A stretch of 64,000 nucleotides of DNA, from positions 81,828 to 145,827 of the forward strand of contig CAVVVB010000014.1 in the NCBI GenBank assembly GCA_963751585.1, read 5' to 3'. A program made the position numbers and the translations under genes. This DNA is from an uncultured Chloroflexia bacterium (GTDB lineage Bacteria > Chloroflexota > Dehalococcoidia > GIF9 > UBA5629). Positions 36,740 to 46,601 of this stretch are shown here, in pieces. Each line of letters starts with the position of its first letter. Position 1 is the stretch's first letter. The notes beneath the pieces are model-generated. The model saw nothing but the letters and a program-made list of their open reading frames with translations. It was not told where the DNA came from and did no database searches.

Positions 36740-37411
36740 ATGCCGATAAACACAGCCTTTAGCAAGGGTTTTCAGGAAATTCAAGACATGATCCTCGCCA
36801 TGGGTAATATGGTGACCGGGGAGGTGGGGCGCTCTGTTGAGGCATTAAAGAAAAGAGACTTGAAGCTGGCCCACCGTGTAATCGCCGGCGATGCCAAGAT
36901 CGATGAGCAGAGATTTACTATCGAAGAGAAGTGCATTGAACTCATGGCCACGCAGAAACCCGGGATCGGTGACCTGCGTCTCGCTGTGTCAGCATTGAGC
37001 ATCATAACCGAGCTGGAACGAATCGGCGACTATGCCGAGGGAATTGCCAAGATCGTAATCATGATAGGCGACGAGCCACCATTAAAGCCACTGATAGATA
37101 TTCCGCGGATGGCCGAATTGACCATTGAAATGGTGGACAAGAGCCTTCAGTCCTTTGTCGCCCGTGATATCGAACTGGCAAAACATGTCGTGACTATGGA
37201 TAACGCAGTTGACGGTCTCTACGACCAGGTTTTTCGTGAACTGCTTACTTTCATGATGGTAGATCCCAAAACCATTAATAGGGCCACCCGCCTCATTTGG
37301 GTTGCCCACAATCTGGAACGTGCTGCCGATAGAGTCACCAACATCTGTGAACGTGTGGTCTTTATGGTGACTGGCGAGATGGGTGAACTGGAAGAGGTTT
37401 CCAAGTATTAA
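36740..37411 (+). CDS. phoU: Phosphate signaling complex protein PhoU
   Basis: Two PhoU repeats with conserved E/D..RIGD motifs (ELERIGDYAEGIAK; NLERAADRVTNICE). GGAGG RBS before the ATG at 36740. Confidence 0.8.
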   Translation: MPINTAFSKGFQEIQDMILAMGNMVTGEVGRSVEALKKRDLKLAHRVIAGDAKIDEQRFTIEEKCIELMATQKPGIGDLRLAVSALSIITELERIGDYAEGIAKIVIMIGDEPPLKPLIDIPRMAELTIEMVDKSLQSFVARDIELAKHVVTMDNAVDGLYDQVFRELLTFMMVDPKTINRATRLIWVAHNLERAADRVTNICERVVFMVTGEMGELEEVSKY

Positions 37412-37439
37412 GTGACTCTACTCTCGTAGCCACATTGTC

Positions 37440-37570
37440 CTCCTCTCAATCCTCCTTTTGCCCTGATGAGATCGGGGGGAGAGACTTGTTACCTTCCCCT
37501 TCGACGAAACTCGACCTAGGTTTCCCCCTTAGAAAAAGGGGGATCAAGGGGGATTTATATAAACGTGTGA
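37440..37570. repeat. Intergenic palindromic repeat copy (tcccccttagaaaaagggggat hairpin plus gatcggggggagag element)
   Basis: ggtttcccccttagaaaaagggggatcaagggggattt has 8-bp perfect stems. Same family as 3346-3605, 32940-33000 and 48186-48225. Confidence 0.6.
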
Positions 37571-37651
37571 ACCCGGCTTTGTGCATTTATACATTTGGGT
37601 TAGCGCTACAAAAGGTGATAAAATATACCGTTTTGGTTCCAGAGTCAGTTA

Positions 37652-38635
37652 ATGATTGAAGAGCTTTCACCTAACCTTCATAAGATTGAGGTTCCTCTGC
37701 CCAGGAGCCCTCTTAAGGCAACGAACTCGTATGTGATAAAGGGAGACGGGCGGTTTTTGATTGTTGATACGGGCATGAATCGGGAGGAATGCCTGCGTCC
37801 CCTGCTTGATTCATTGAAGAAACTGAATGTAGATCTTGCCAAAACAGACCTTTTTATCACCCACCTGCATGCAGACCATTTGGGACTTTCCGCCATCTTA
37901 GCCACCGACTCGTCAAAGGTTTATTTCGATAAGACGGAAGCTGCCATAATGGCCAGATATCAAACCTCACAGGGACCGTGGTACGAACAGTTCGCCTTCT
38001 TCGTGTCAAACGGCTTCCCCGAAGCCGAATGTAAAAAGGGGTTGGAAAGCCATCCGGGCGTTAGATTTAGCACTAAGAAGAACGTAGATTTTTCCACCTT
38101 GAAAGATGGAGATAAAATAGAGATTGGCGACTATTTGTTCAAGTGCATCGAAACCCCGGGGCACTCGCCCGGGCACATGGTTCTTTATGAGGCGAACAAG
38201 AAGATACTTATATGCGGCGACCACATACTCTTCGACATTACTCCAAACATCACCTGGTGGCCGGAGATGGATAATTCGCTGAAGCGCTATCTGGAAAACC
38301 TGGAAAAGGTCTACGGTCTGGAGGTGGAGCTTGTGTTGCCGGGCCATCGAAGAATCTGGGACAACCACAGACAGAGAATAACGGAGATAAAAGAACATCA
38401 CCAGAGCCGGCTAAAGGAGGCTCTGTCAGCCTTGGGGGACGGACCGAAAACGGCGTGGCAGGTGGCTCCTCACATAACCTGGGATATCGATTGTGATTCA
38501 TGGGCGGAGTTTCCGCCAACGCAGAAATGGTTTGCATTTGGCGAGACTATTGCCCATCTGGATTACCTGGTGGCCGACGGACGGGCACGCAAAGATATGA
38601 GGGATCACCAGATGTTGTTTTCATTGGTAAAATAA
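37652..38635 (+). CDS. MBL-fold metallo-hydrolase
   Basis: HLHADHLG (HxHxDH) motif and a downstream GHSPGH. Confidence 0.75.
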   Translation: MIEELSPNLHKIEVPLPRSPLKATNSYVIKGDGRFLIVDTGMNREECLRPLLDSLKKLNVDLAKTDLFITHLHADHLGLSAILATDSSKVYFDKTEAAIMARYQTSQGPWYEQFAFFVSNGFPEAECKKGLESHPGVRFSTKKNVDFSTLKDGDKIEIGDYLFKCIETPGHSPGHMVLYEANKKILICGDHILFDITPNITWWPEMDNSLKRYLENLEKVYGLEVELVLPGHRRIWDNHRQRITEIKEHHQSRLKEALSALGDGPKTAWQVAPHITWDIDCDSWAEFPPTQKWFAFGETIAHLDYLVADGRARKDMRDHQMLFSLVK

Positions 38636-38654
38636 CTGTTTGGAAGTGACTAAT

Positions 38655-39237
38655 ATGGATGTTATGGAAGCCATAAGAGGACGCAGAAGTATCAGGAAGT
38701 ATAAAACTGACCCCATATCGGAGGAAGCTCTTCAAACCGTTCTTGAAGCGGCGCGTCTGGCTCCATCCTGGGCGAATTCTCAGTGTCTGAGGTTGATAGT
38801 GGTCCGAGATGCAGAGACCAAGTCGAAGCTGGCTAATACACTTAAGGGCATTAAAGCAGGCAAAAGCAATTTCGCGGCGGAAGCCGTCAAGAACGCTCCA
38901 GTTGTTATTGCAGCTTGCGCTGAGCAGGGGCTCTCAGGTTACTATAAGGATGAAAGCGGGCAGAGCGTCATATCTACCGATAAAGGAGAATGGTGGCTCG
39001 ATGTTTGACGTGGCGCTGGCTCTAGAGAACGTGGCGCTGGCGGCACATGCTCTGGGTCTGGGGACGGTTCATACGGGTCTGTTCGATGCGGCTCAAGCGA
39101 CCAAAATTCTAGGCGTGCCCGATAACGTTGTCCTTGTAGAGTTTTTACCTTTGGGCTGGCCGGACGAGGCGCCGGCGGCTCGTCCCAGGAAGGAAATCAA
39201 CGAGTTCGTTTTCTATGAGAAGTACCAGAGGAAATAG
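38655..39237 (+). CDS. Nitroreductase-family protein, split by one frame break at ~38995-39005
   Basis: N-terminal RRSIRKY…LEAARLAPSWANSQ. C-terminal MFDVALALENVALAAHALGLGTVHTG in the +1 frame. Track ORFs 38640..39008 and 38809..39237 are the pieces. Confidence 0.6.
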
Positions 39238-39243
39238 AGAACA

Positions 39244-39852
39244 ATGAGCTATCGCAGCTCTCGTGGTGATAGCCTGGCGCCGGTGCTGGCCTTAATAATC
39301 CTCTGCTTCCTCGTGTACATAGCGACCACAGTAGCAGGTCTGCAGGGAAACAACCTCATACCACTTCTAGGACTGCAACCAATAAGTTTCCTCCACAGCC
39401 CGTGGACAATCGTGACCAGTCTTTTTGTCCACGGCAGTATATGGCATCTAATATTTAATATGCTGACCCTATACTTCTTTGGGACTTTTGTGGTCAGACT
39501 CATCGGAACTCGTACCTTTTTCCTCATATACTTTATAGGTGGCATTGTTGGCAATGCTTTATTCATGCTCTTCGCCTTCGCTGGGTTCTTGACGTCGCCT
39601 TTCTCTATAGTTGTCGGCGCCTCGGGGGCTATCTTTGCGCTGGGTGGCACGCTTGCCGTGCTAACACCCAGATTGCGTGTTTATGCCTTCCCCATCCCCG
39701 TCCCCATGCCCATTTGGGTAGCGGTCATCGGAGGGTTTGTTATATTGTCCTTTGTTGGAGGCATAGCCTGGCAAGCTCATCTGGGTGGCCTGGTGACCGG
39801 CCTTCTTGCTGGCCTGTTCTTGCGTAGAACTGTGCGTACACCGTTCTATTAA
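39244..39852 (+). CDS. Rhomboid-family intramembrane serine protease
   Basis: Six TM helices, catalytic GASGAIFALGG (GxSG) and the downstream AHLGGLVTG histidine. Confidence 0.8.
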   Translation: MSYRSSRGDSLAPVLALIILCFLVYIATTVAGLQGNNLIPLLGLQPISFLHSPWTIVTSLFVHGSIWHLIFNMLTLYFFGTFVVRLIGTRTFFLIYFIGGIVGNALFMLFAFAGFLTSPFSIVVGASGAIFALGGTLAVLTPRLRVYAFPIPVPMPIWVAVIGGFVILSFVGGIAWQAHLGGLVTGLLAGLFLRRTVRTPFY

Positions 39853-40097
39853 TCTGCACCAAATTCTAATAGTCCTTCAGCCCGATTTGGGTCTTGGTTA
39901 TCTATCGATACTCCAGTGTATTAATCCTCCCAATAACTATGCCAAAACCAAAGACGCAACATAGGGCGTGAGGTTTTCTTTTCGACATGGTATTATATGC
40001 CCAGTTGATTGGGTTGGCCTGAAGAAAGGCGAGACCTGGGTAGCCCCGCTTGCTTTGCCGTTCAGTTTAAATAATTTTCTGGTAGGAGGAGCTAATT

Positions 40098-41231
40098 ATG
40101 GATTTTGGTTTCACCCGAGAACAAGAAATGCTCAGGGACATGGTTCGAGCGTTTGCCGAAAGCGAGTTGGCGCCCCATGCCTTGAGTTTGGATGAGAAGG
40201 CGAATTTTCCGTTCGATGAGTTGAAGAAGGCAGCCAAGCTTGGTCTGGCGGGGATAATCAACTCCAAAGAATACGGGGGCTCGGACATGGGGCATCTGGC
40301 CAGGATGATTATGATTGAGGAGATATCCAGGGTATATCCTCCACTGGGTTTTTGTTTTCAGACTGGTCAGTTAGGTATGTATGGGCTGCAAAACTATGGC
40401 ACTGACGCGCAGAAGAAGAAATATCTGCCGCCACTTTGTCGTGGAGAGGATGTCATGGCCTGGGCTGTTACCGAGGCAACAGGCGGCTCGGATCCTTCCA
40501 AGACCCAGACGACTGCCGAACCGGCTGGAGATGAGTACATAGTCAATGGCCGTAAGGTCTTTATTACGGCCGGTGAAACTGCCGGCGTTGTCGGCTTTTT
40601 AGCCAAGACCGGTGAGGCCATGAACTTTCTCTTAGTTGAGAAAGGAACACCCGGGTTCACGGCTCCACGAAGAGAGGAAAGCCTAGGACTACGTACAATA
40701 CCGGTCAGTGAGCTAGCTTTCACAAACTGTAAGATCCCCAAGGCAAACCTGCTTGGCTCGGAGGGGAAAGGAATCGGTGTGGCTCTGACGGCGATTGCAG
40801 CCGCGGGCAGAACCGGCGCCGCAGGGGTCAGTTTAGGCATTGCCCGAGGTTCTTACGAAGTAGCGGTAAAATTTGCCAAGGAGAGAAACCTATACGGGAA
40901 GGCCATCGCTCAATTGCAAGCGATTCAGTTTGCATTGGTAGATGTTAACGTTGAAATTGAAGCCGCCAAATGGCTGTGCTATCAGTCGGCCTGGCTATTG
41001 GACCAGGGAAAGAAAGCAACAGAGATAGCCGCAGAGATAGCCAGGGCAAAGCTATATGCTACTGATGTGGCCAATAAGACGTGTGCCAAGGCGGCGCAGA
41101 TAATGGGCGGTTACGGACTTATTCCTGAATATCATCTGGTACGTCGTTTGAGAGACGCTCTGGAGATGCTGCCGGCGGCAGGAACTCAGGACATAATGAG
41201 AGTCGTCATCGGCGCCGGTATTGCCCGCTAA
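40098..41231 (+). CDS. Acyl-CoA dehydrogenase
   Basis: ACAD N, middle and C-terminal domain pattern (e.g. AWAVTEATGGSDPSKTQTTA; catalytic region QIMGGYGLIPEYHLVRRLRDA). Confidence 0.85.
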   Translation: MDFGFTREQEMLRDMVRAFAESELAPHALSLDEKANFPFDELKKAAKLGLAGIINSKEYGGSDMGHLARMIMIEEISRVYPPLGFCFQTGQLGMYGLQNYGTDAQKKKYLPPLCRGEDVMAWAVTEATGGSDPSKTQTTAEPAGDEYIVNGRKVFITAGETAGVVGFLAKTGEAMNFLLVEKGTPGFTAPRREESLGLRTIPVSELAFTNCKIPKANLLGSEGKGIGVALTAIAAAGRTGAAGVSLGIARGSYEVAVKFAKERNLYGKAIAQLQAIQFALVDVNVEIEAAKWLCYQSAWLLDQGKKATEIAAEIARAKLYATDVANKTCAKAAQIMGGYGLIPEYHLVRRLRDALEMLPAAGTQDIMRVVIGAGIAR

Positions 41232-41252
41232 GGGATAACCCGGCTTAAACCC

Positions 41253-42054
41253 ATGTCGCTTAATCTCATTGTTTGCATTAAGCAGGTCCCGCATCCGGAA
41301 TACTTCTCGCGTATTACTCTCGACCCCGTTAAACAGACGATCGCCAGAGAGGGGATTCCTGCAGTAATGAATCCTTTCGATCGTTACGCCATAGAGGCCG
41401 CGTTACAGATCCGGGAGCAGTTTTCCGGCAAGGTGACGGTGATGAGCATGGGGCCTCCGCAGGCGGAAGATGCTCTTGATGAAGCCCTGGCGATCGGAGC
41501 CGACGATGCCATCCTATTGTGTGACAGGGCTTTTGCCGGGGCGGACACGCTGGCTACCGCCTATTCGCTAGCTTGCGGCATTAAACATCTGGGGGATTTT
41601 TCTCTCATCCTCTGTGGCAACGAAACGATAGATAGCGCTACAGGCCAGGTTGGCCCGCAGCTGGCTGAGTTTCTTGATATCCCTCATGTAACTTCTGTTA
41701 CCGGGATTGCCTTTGAGCAGGAAAACAGCTTGATAGCCAAGCAGGCTTTAGAGCAGGGTTATATGAAAGTCAGGGTCAGATTACCGGCCTTGCTCGCAGT
41801 GGCGAAGGGAATCAACCAGCCCAGGTTGCCCACGGTATTGGGAATAATGGAGGCCAGGAACAAGCCAATGCAAACGTGGGGAGCTGCCGATATCGGAGCC
41901 GATGTGGACATGATTGGGGCTTGGAGGGTCACCCACCCAGGTTACCGGAATTTTCAAACGGGATGTGACACGTCAAAGGGAGATCCTCGGAGGGTCACCT
42001 TCAGAGATAGCTCAGAAGGCAGTCGGCAGGCTTCAGGAGTTGCTGGCAAAATGA
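41253..42054 (+). CDS. etfB: Electron transfer flavoprotein beta subunit. The track shows a 598-aa etfB-etfA read-through caused by an extra G in a GGGG run at 41916-41919.
   Basis: EtfB N-terminus MSLNLIVCIKQVPHPEY. After removing one G, the frame gives …DMIGLEGSPTQVTGIFKRDVTRQREILGGSPSEIAQKAVGRLQELLAK, then the stop TGA overlapping the etfA ATG (ATGA at 42051-42054). Confidence 0.7.
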
Positions 42055-43049
42055 GCGAGGTATGGGTAATAGCCGAGCAAAGGCTGGGCAGGCTGATGAG
42101 CATTTCCTTGGAACTTTTAGGCAAGGGGACTGAGCTAGCCCGGAAGCTTAGGGTGAAATCGGGTGTTGTCCTGTTGGGGGACAATGTTCGTACCCAGGCA
42201 GATGAACTGGCCTACCATGGTGTAGACAGAGTTTACCTTGGGGAAGATCCGGGGCTTAGACTCTACCAGAGCCAGATTTATGCCGATATCATAACAGAAC
42301 TTATTCGCGCGCATAAGCCTCAAATCGTATTGATCGGGTCTACCAGCATCGGCCGGGACCTGGCTCCCAGGATAGCGGCTAAACTGAAGACCGGTCTGGT
42401 GGCTCACTGCGTGGAGCTGGATATTGTCGAAGACGGCGGTGGAAAGCCCCACCTGGTCCAGGTGGTGCCTGGCTGGGGTGGCAATTTGATGGTAAACATT
42501 GCCTGTCCCGTGAAAAGACCCCAAATAGCTACCGTAAACCCCGGAGTCATGACAAGATGCGCCCGGAGCGAGACGAAGGGTGAGATTGTTAAACTGGCAG
42601 TGGAAATACAGAAGGAATCCCGAGTGGAGACGCTGGAGATGGTTGAAGAGGAGTCACCTGGAGTAGCTCTGGAGGAGGCCGAGGTGGTAGTGGCTGGTGG
42701 GTGGGGTCTGGTCTCCGCTGGAGGGCTTGAGTCGCTCGAAGAGTTGGCTAAGATTTTAGGTGGGACAGTAGCTGGCACTCGCCCAGCATTGGATAGCGGA
42801 TGGATTACCGAGCCAAGAATGGTGGGCCAGAGCGGCAAGACGGTTAGCCCGAAGCTTTTCATCAGCGTCGGCGCGTCCGGTGCGCCTCAATTCACTACCG
42901 GCTTCGTGAAGGCGAAGGTCGTTCTGGCTATTGACCGGAATCCGGATGCCCCTATCTTCGATGTCGCGGATATCGGCTTGGTTGGAGACCTGAACGATAT
43001 TCTTCCTTGCCTGATCTCGGAGCTGAAAGACACCGGTCTGTGTGTTTAA
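42051..43049 (+). CDS. etfA: Electron transfer flavoprotein alpha subunit
   Basis: MSEVWVIAEQRLGRL start and a C-terminal FAD-binding region (…AIDRNPDAPIFDVADIGLVGDL). Confidence 0.8.
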   Translation: MSEVWVIAEQRLGRLMSISLELLGKGTELARKLRVKSGVVLLGDNVRTQADELAYHGVDRVYLGEDPGLRLYQSQIYADIITELIRAHKPQIVLIGSTSIGRDLAPRIAAKLKTGLVAHCVELDIVEDGGGKPHLVQVVPGWGGNLMVNIACPVKRPQIATVNPGVMTRCARSETKGEIVKLAVEIQKESRVETLEMVEEESPGVALEEAEVVVAGGWGLVSAGGLESLEELAKILGGTVAGTRPALDSGWITEPRMVGQSGKTVSPKLFISVGASGAPQFTTGFVKAKVVLAIDRNPDAPIFDVADIGLVGDLNDILPCLISELKDTGLCV

Positions 43050-43070
43050 CTCTAGTGCCCTGGAGATAAT

Positions 43071-43823
43071 GTGCAAAGCCGGTTATACAGCAAGCCGGGC
43101 TTGTACCGCCTGCTTTCTCCTCTCGAAGCGGCGGCTCACGATTCCGTAACGGTGTATATCACGCCTGATTCTTTCCCTGATTACGTGGGTGAGTTGCAAT
43201 TAGGGCCAAGATACCGGACACTCGCTGAAGAGATTAATGAGGCAGTAAACGCCGAGGCGGTAATCAGCGGCGCCCGTAGATACGGTACCGGCGCCGCCAT
43301 ATTCTGGGATGGGATTTATAATAAGCTCGTCGTCCTGCCGCCATTTCCAGTCGTTCACAATAAGCTCTTGGTGAATAAACTCGATACCTCTGGTCTTCGA
43401 GAGATCCTGGAGAAGAGGCGTGTCATAGGTGTGGTCCTGGTGACCTGGGGTTGGTACGCTTTAGGTGTGTTCGATGGTGGCAATCTGGTGGCATCGAAAA
43501 CAGGCACGGGGCATATTCACAAGAAACACAAGAAGGGTGGCAGCAGCCAGAAAAGGTTTGCCCGAAGGACGGAAGAGCAGAGGAGCGATTTCCTGCGAAG
43601 AGTCGGCAACAGGATTGACGAGAGGTTGATGGGTTTCGCCCCGGACCAGATCTTTTTCGGCGGCAACCGGCTAATTTTGAAGCCACTGATTGAGGAATCC
43701 AAATATCTGCAGGCAAGAACTGGCAAAATCCTACCTCGGATTCTGGATGTGCGCTATGCCGATAGAGAAGCTCTGGCCGGCAGCCTGGCCGAAATAACAA
43801 AGACGCAGGTCTTCACTTTTTGA
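43071..43823 (+). CDS. Putative bacterial Vms1/VLRF1-like (eRF1-fold) peptidyl-tRNA hydrolase-family protein
   Basis: HKKHKKGGSSQKRFARRTEEQR resembles the VLRF1 catalytic loop (Gln-containing GGQ-like motif followed by RF.R.RE). ~250 aa, consistent with an eRF1 domain-2-like core. Assignment is by motif only. Confidence 0.4.
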   Translation: MQSRLYSKPGLYRLLSPLEAAAHDSVTVYITPDSFPDYVGELQLGPRYRTLAEEINEAVNAEAVISGARRYGTGAAIFWDGIYNKLVVLPPFPVVHNKLLVNKLDTSGLREILEKRRVIGVVLVTWGWYALGVFDGGNLVASKTGTGHIHKKHKKGGSSQKRFARRTEEQRSDFLRRVGNRIDERLMGFAPDQIFFGGNRLILKPLIEESKYLQARTGKILPRILDVRYADREALAGSLAEITKTQVFTF

Positions 43824-43881
43824 CGGCATATTAACTGGAAGTGGAGCCAAAAAAGGTGAAAATGCAAAATAATACGTGCCT

Positions 43882-44300
43882 TTAGCGGCGGTTTTCCGCC
43901 AGGAAGTTCTTGATTATCTGGTAGAATTCTTCGGGCTCTTTCCCGGTTGATAGTTTCTCCATGGGGCACATTTCTTCCTGGTCAGGCCTCTGAATGTAGG
44001 GCACGATTTGGGTCAGGTGATGCTTGATGCCATACCGGTCCAGCGCCTCAATGGCAAGCTGGCTGCCCAGTGGACTGTACAGTTCCCGGCAATTTGCCTT
44101 AGCGCATAACAACGCTGCCGCCCGCCCGGTTATCCTGTCGAATATCACCACATCCTGGTGGTTAAAGGCAGCGTTCTCGATATATTCGACTAAGGGTACC
44201 ATCCGGTCACGGTTCGAGGCGAAGATGAGTTTATTATCTTCGTATGCCTGAAGGGTATTGTCACCCGCCAGAAATTCGTTAAATAAACGCGGATACACTA
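43882..44300 (-). CDS. DUF1893-like small protein (start uncertain)
   Basis: Core …ASNRDRMVPLVEYIENAAFNHQDVVIFDRITGRAAALLCAKANC…CPMEK. The track ORF (to 44394) overlaps the upstream gene by ~97 nt, so the true start is probably internal. Confidence 0.4.
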
Positions 44301-44900
44301 TGCGGGTCTGCCTTTGGCGCTCCTGGCAGCGAATTTTCCTGTCATCCAGACTACAGCCGGTATGAAGGCTAGCTGGATGAGTATGCCCGGCCAACCCTGA
44401 CTAACCGTCGACCAAAAGGCAGCGAGCGGACTTGATTCCAGGCCTAAGGGGCTGTAGCTTTGTCCGGCGAGAAAATATATTGCCAGGATGGTTAGTAATG
44501 ACGCGATGCGGCCGCCTATCATGGCTCCAAGTAGTGACCATTCAGTTCGCAGGTTATATATCTGGCGAAGTATACCGGCTATAAAGCCGTAGGCGGCGAG
44601 TTCAATTATTACCTGCGGGAGGATGGTTAAAGCCGGCATACCTGAAACGGCATAGCTGGCAATCGGTGTGAATAACCCGACAATCAGACCTGCTCGCCAG
44701 CCAAATAGTAAGCCTGCCATCAACACGAATATGTGCATGGGGAGGAAGGTGGGACCAGCCAGATGGAACTGGTGGAAAACCCATGGCACCATCACTGATA
44801 GCAGGACGAATAACCCGGTTAGAAGATAACTGCGTACGTCAGTGTATCTCAACACCATCGGAATAGGTTGTTGTTTGGAAATGGCGATACTCCTTATCAT
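44298..44900 (-). CDS. ECF-transporter substrate-specific (S) component-like membrane protein
   Basis: ~200 aa with 5-6 TM helices and no other domains. Substrate unknown. Confidence 0.5.
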   Translation of the reverse strand: MIRSIAISKQQPIPMVLRYTDVRSYLLTGLFVLLSVMVPWVFHQFHLAGPTFLPMHIFVLMAGLLFGWRAGLIVGLFTPIASYAVSGMPALTILPQVIIELAAYGFIAGILRQIYNLRTEWSLLGAMIGGRIASLLTILAIYFLAGQSYSPLGLESSPLAAFWSTVSQGWPGILIQLAFIPAVVWMTGKFAARSAKGRPA

Positions 44901-45052
44901 AGCTGACCTCCTTGCTAACCGTTAGATTATAGCAAAGAGGTAGTACAGGGGCAAACGGCGGTGCTCGAACTTCAAATGGCACGCTTGACAGAGGCGCTTG
45001 AAGCGAATACGATTGGTGTATCTATTGTAATCGGCGAGGAAGGTGCCAGAAA

Positions 45053-45622
45053 ATGCGAAGATCCGGTCTGATATTGGTGGGCTTGTTGCTCTTGTTTGCG
45101 GCTATGTCCGGCTGTGTTGCTCCTACGCCGGACGAAACTGCACCGCTGGGAAATAGCCAGGCGGCGTTGACAATTACGAGTACGGCTTTTGCGACGGGTG
45201 GGAACATACCTGTCGAATATACTTGCCAGGGTCAGAATATCTCCCCACCGTTAGACTGGGACCAAGGCCCGACCGAAACGGCTTCATTCGCACTGATAGT
45301 TGATGATCCGGACGCGCCCTCCGGTGTTTACACGCATTGGGTCATCTACAACTTGCCGTCGGACGCGCGCAGCCTGCCCATGGCCGTACCTAACGAAAAC
45401 CAGCTGCCTGACGGAGCTATTCAGGGTAATAACAGTTCGGGGAAGATCGGTTATTCGGGTCCGTGTCCACCGCCAGGAAAGATCCACCACTACCGTTTCA
45501 CTTTGTACGCGTTGGATAGCTATCTGAATTTGGCTGCGGGCGCATCAAAGCAGGAGTTGTTGAAAGTCATAGAGGGACATGTACTTGCCCAGGAACAGCT
45601 CATAGGCCTATATCAGCGGTAG
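45053..45622 (+). CDS. YbhB/YbcL-family PEBP (Raf-kinase-inhibitor-like) lipoprotein
   Basis: Signal peptide with lipobox (AMSGC). GPCPPPGKIHHYRFTLYALD is the PEBP signature. Confidence 0.8.
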   Translation: MRRSGLILVGLLLLFAAMSGCVAPTPDETAPLGNSQAALTITSTAFATGGNIPVEYTCQGQNISPPLDWDQGPTETASFALIVDDPDAPSGVYTHWVIYNLPSDARSLPMAVPNENQLPDGAIQGNNSSGKIGYSGPCPPPGKIHHYRFTLYALDSYLNLAAGASKQELLKVIEGHVLAQEQLIGLYQR

Positions 45623-45726
45623 CCTTCTAACTCGACTGTCGTCGTCCTCGCCATTATAGCTCTTAACCTATTGACAGGTGACTACCTCGTATGGCAAAGT
45701 AGTGGCATAAACCTTTGGACACCATC

Positions 45727-46587
45727 ATGAGGAAGCTTGCTGTAGCTACTGACAGCACGTGTTGCCTGCCGCAGGAAATAGTCGAGAAATATGATATATC
45801 TGTGGTGCCCATGGAGATAGTCTACGGAGGCAAGAGCTATCGTGATGGAGTTGACATAACTGCCAATGAAGTCTACAAGATTATGCGCAAGAAGAATGAC
45901 CTGCCTACGACCTCAACAGCATCCGCCGGAGATTTCCTGGAGGTTTACCGCAAGCTGAGCCGGAAAGCAGAGAGCGTTCTCTGCATCACGGTTACCAGTT
46001 TGCAGAGCAAAACTTTTGAGGCGGCAGTGGCCGCCAAGGAAATAGCTAAAGAAGAAATACCTGGCACCGTTGTTGAGGTATTCGATAGCCGCGCGGTGGC
46101 CAGCGCCTTGGGATTTATCGTCCGAGAGGCAGCCCGAGTTGCCAGCCAGGGAGACGGCCTTGCTGAAGCGGTCGAGGCGGCGAAAAAGATGATGGGCAAG
46201 GTAAATTTCCTGGCCATGCTGGACACGCTTTACTATCTTGCCAGAACCGGCCGCATTGCCCGGGCCGCGGCCTGGGCCGGGGCGGTACTGGACATGAAAC
46301 CTATACTGGAACATAATCCTGCAATCGGAGAGACAACTCCGGTAGCGCGGCCGAGAACCAGAGGACACGCCATCGAACGTATGCTCAATATAATGGCGGA
46401 GAGAACACGGAATCTGCCGGTACACCTCATGGTGCATCACGCGGATGAACTTGAGGAAGCGAAAAAGCTGGCTGCTGAGATTAAGTCGAGCTTCAACTGC
46501 GCCGAGCTTTATATAACAGAGTTTACCCCGGCCATGGGTGTTCATACCGGTCCGGGTCTTCTAGCCGTCGGCTTTTACACTGACTGA
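45727..46587 (+). CDS. DegV-family fatty-acid-binding protein
   Basis: KLAVATDSTCCLP…PTTS(T)ASAGDF, the DegV N-terminal pattern. Confidence 0.8.
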   Translation: MRKLAVATDSTCCLPQEIVEKYDISVVPMEIVYGGKSYRDGVDITANEVYKIMRKKNDLPTTSTASAGDFLEVYRKLSRKAESVLCITVTSLQSKTFEAAVAAKEIAKEEIPGTVVEVFDSRAVASALGFIVREAARVASQGDGLAEAVEAAKKMMGKVNFLAMLDTLYYLARTGRIARAAAWAGAVLDMKPILEHNPAIGETTPVARPRTRGHAIERMLNIMAERTRNLPVHLMVHHADELEEAKKLAAEIKSSFNCAELYITEFTPAMGVHTGPGLLAVGFYTD

Positions 46588-46601
46588 GGCGAAATCCTCT
46601 A

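Noticed and set aside
41253-43049. 598-aa fused EtfB-EtfA protein as reported by the ORF track
   Set aside because: Removing one G from the GGGG run at 41916-41919 restores a canonical EtfB C-terminus (GSPT…ILGGSPSEIAQKAVGRLQELLAK). Its stop overlaps the etfA ATG. The linker in the fused frame is nonsense-like.
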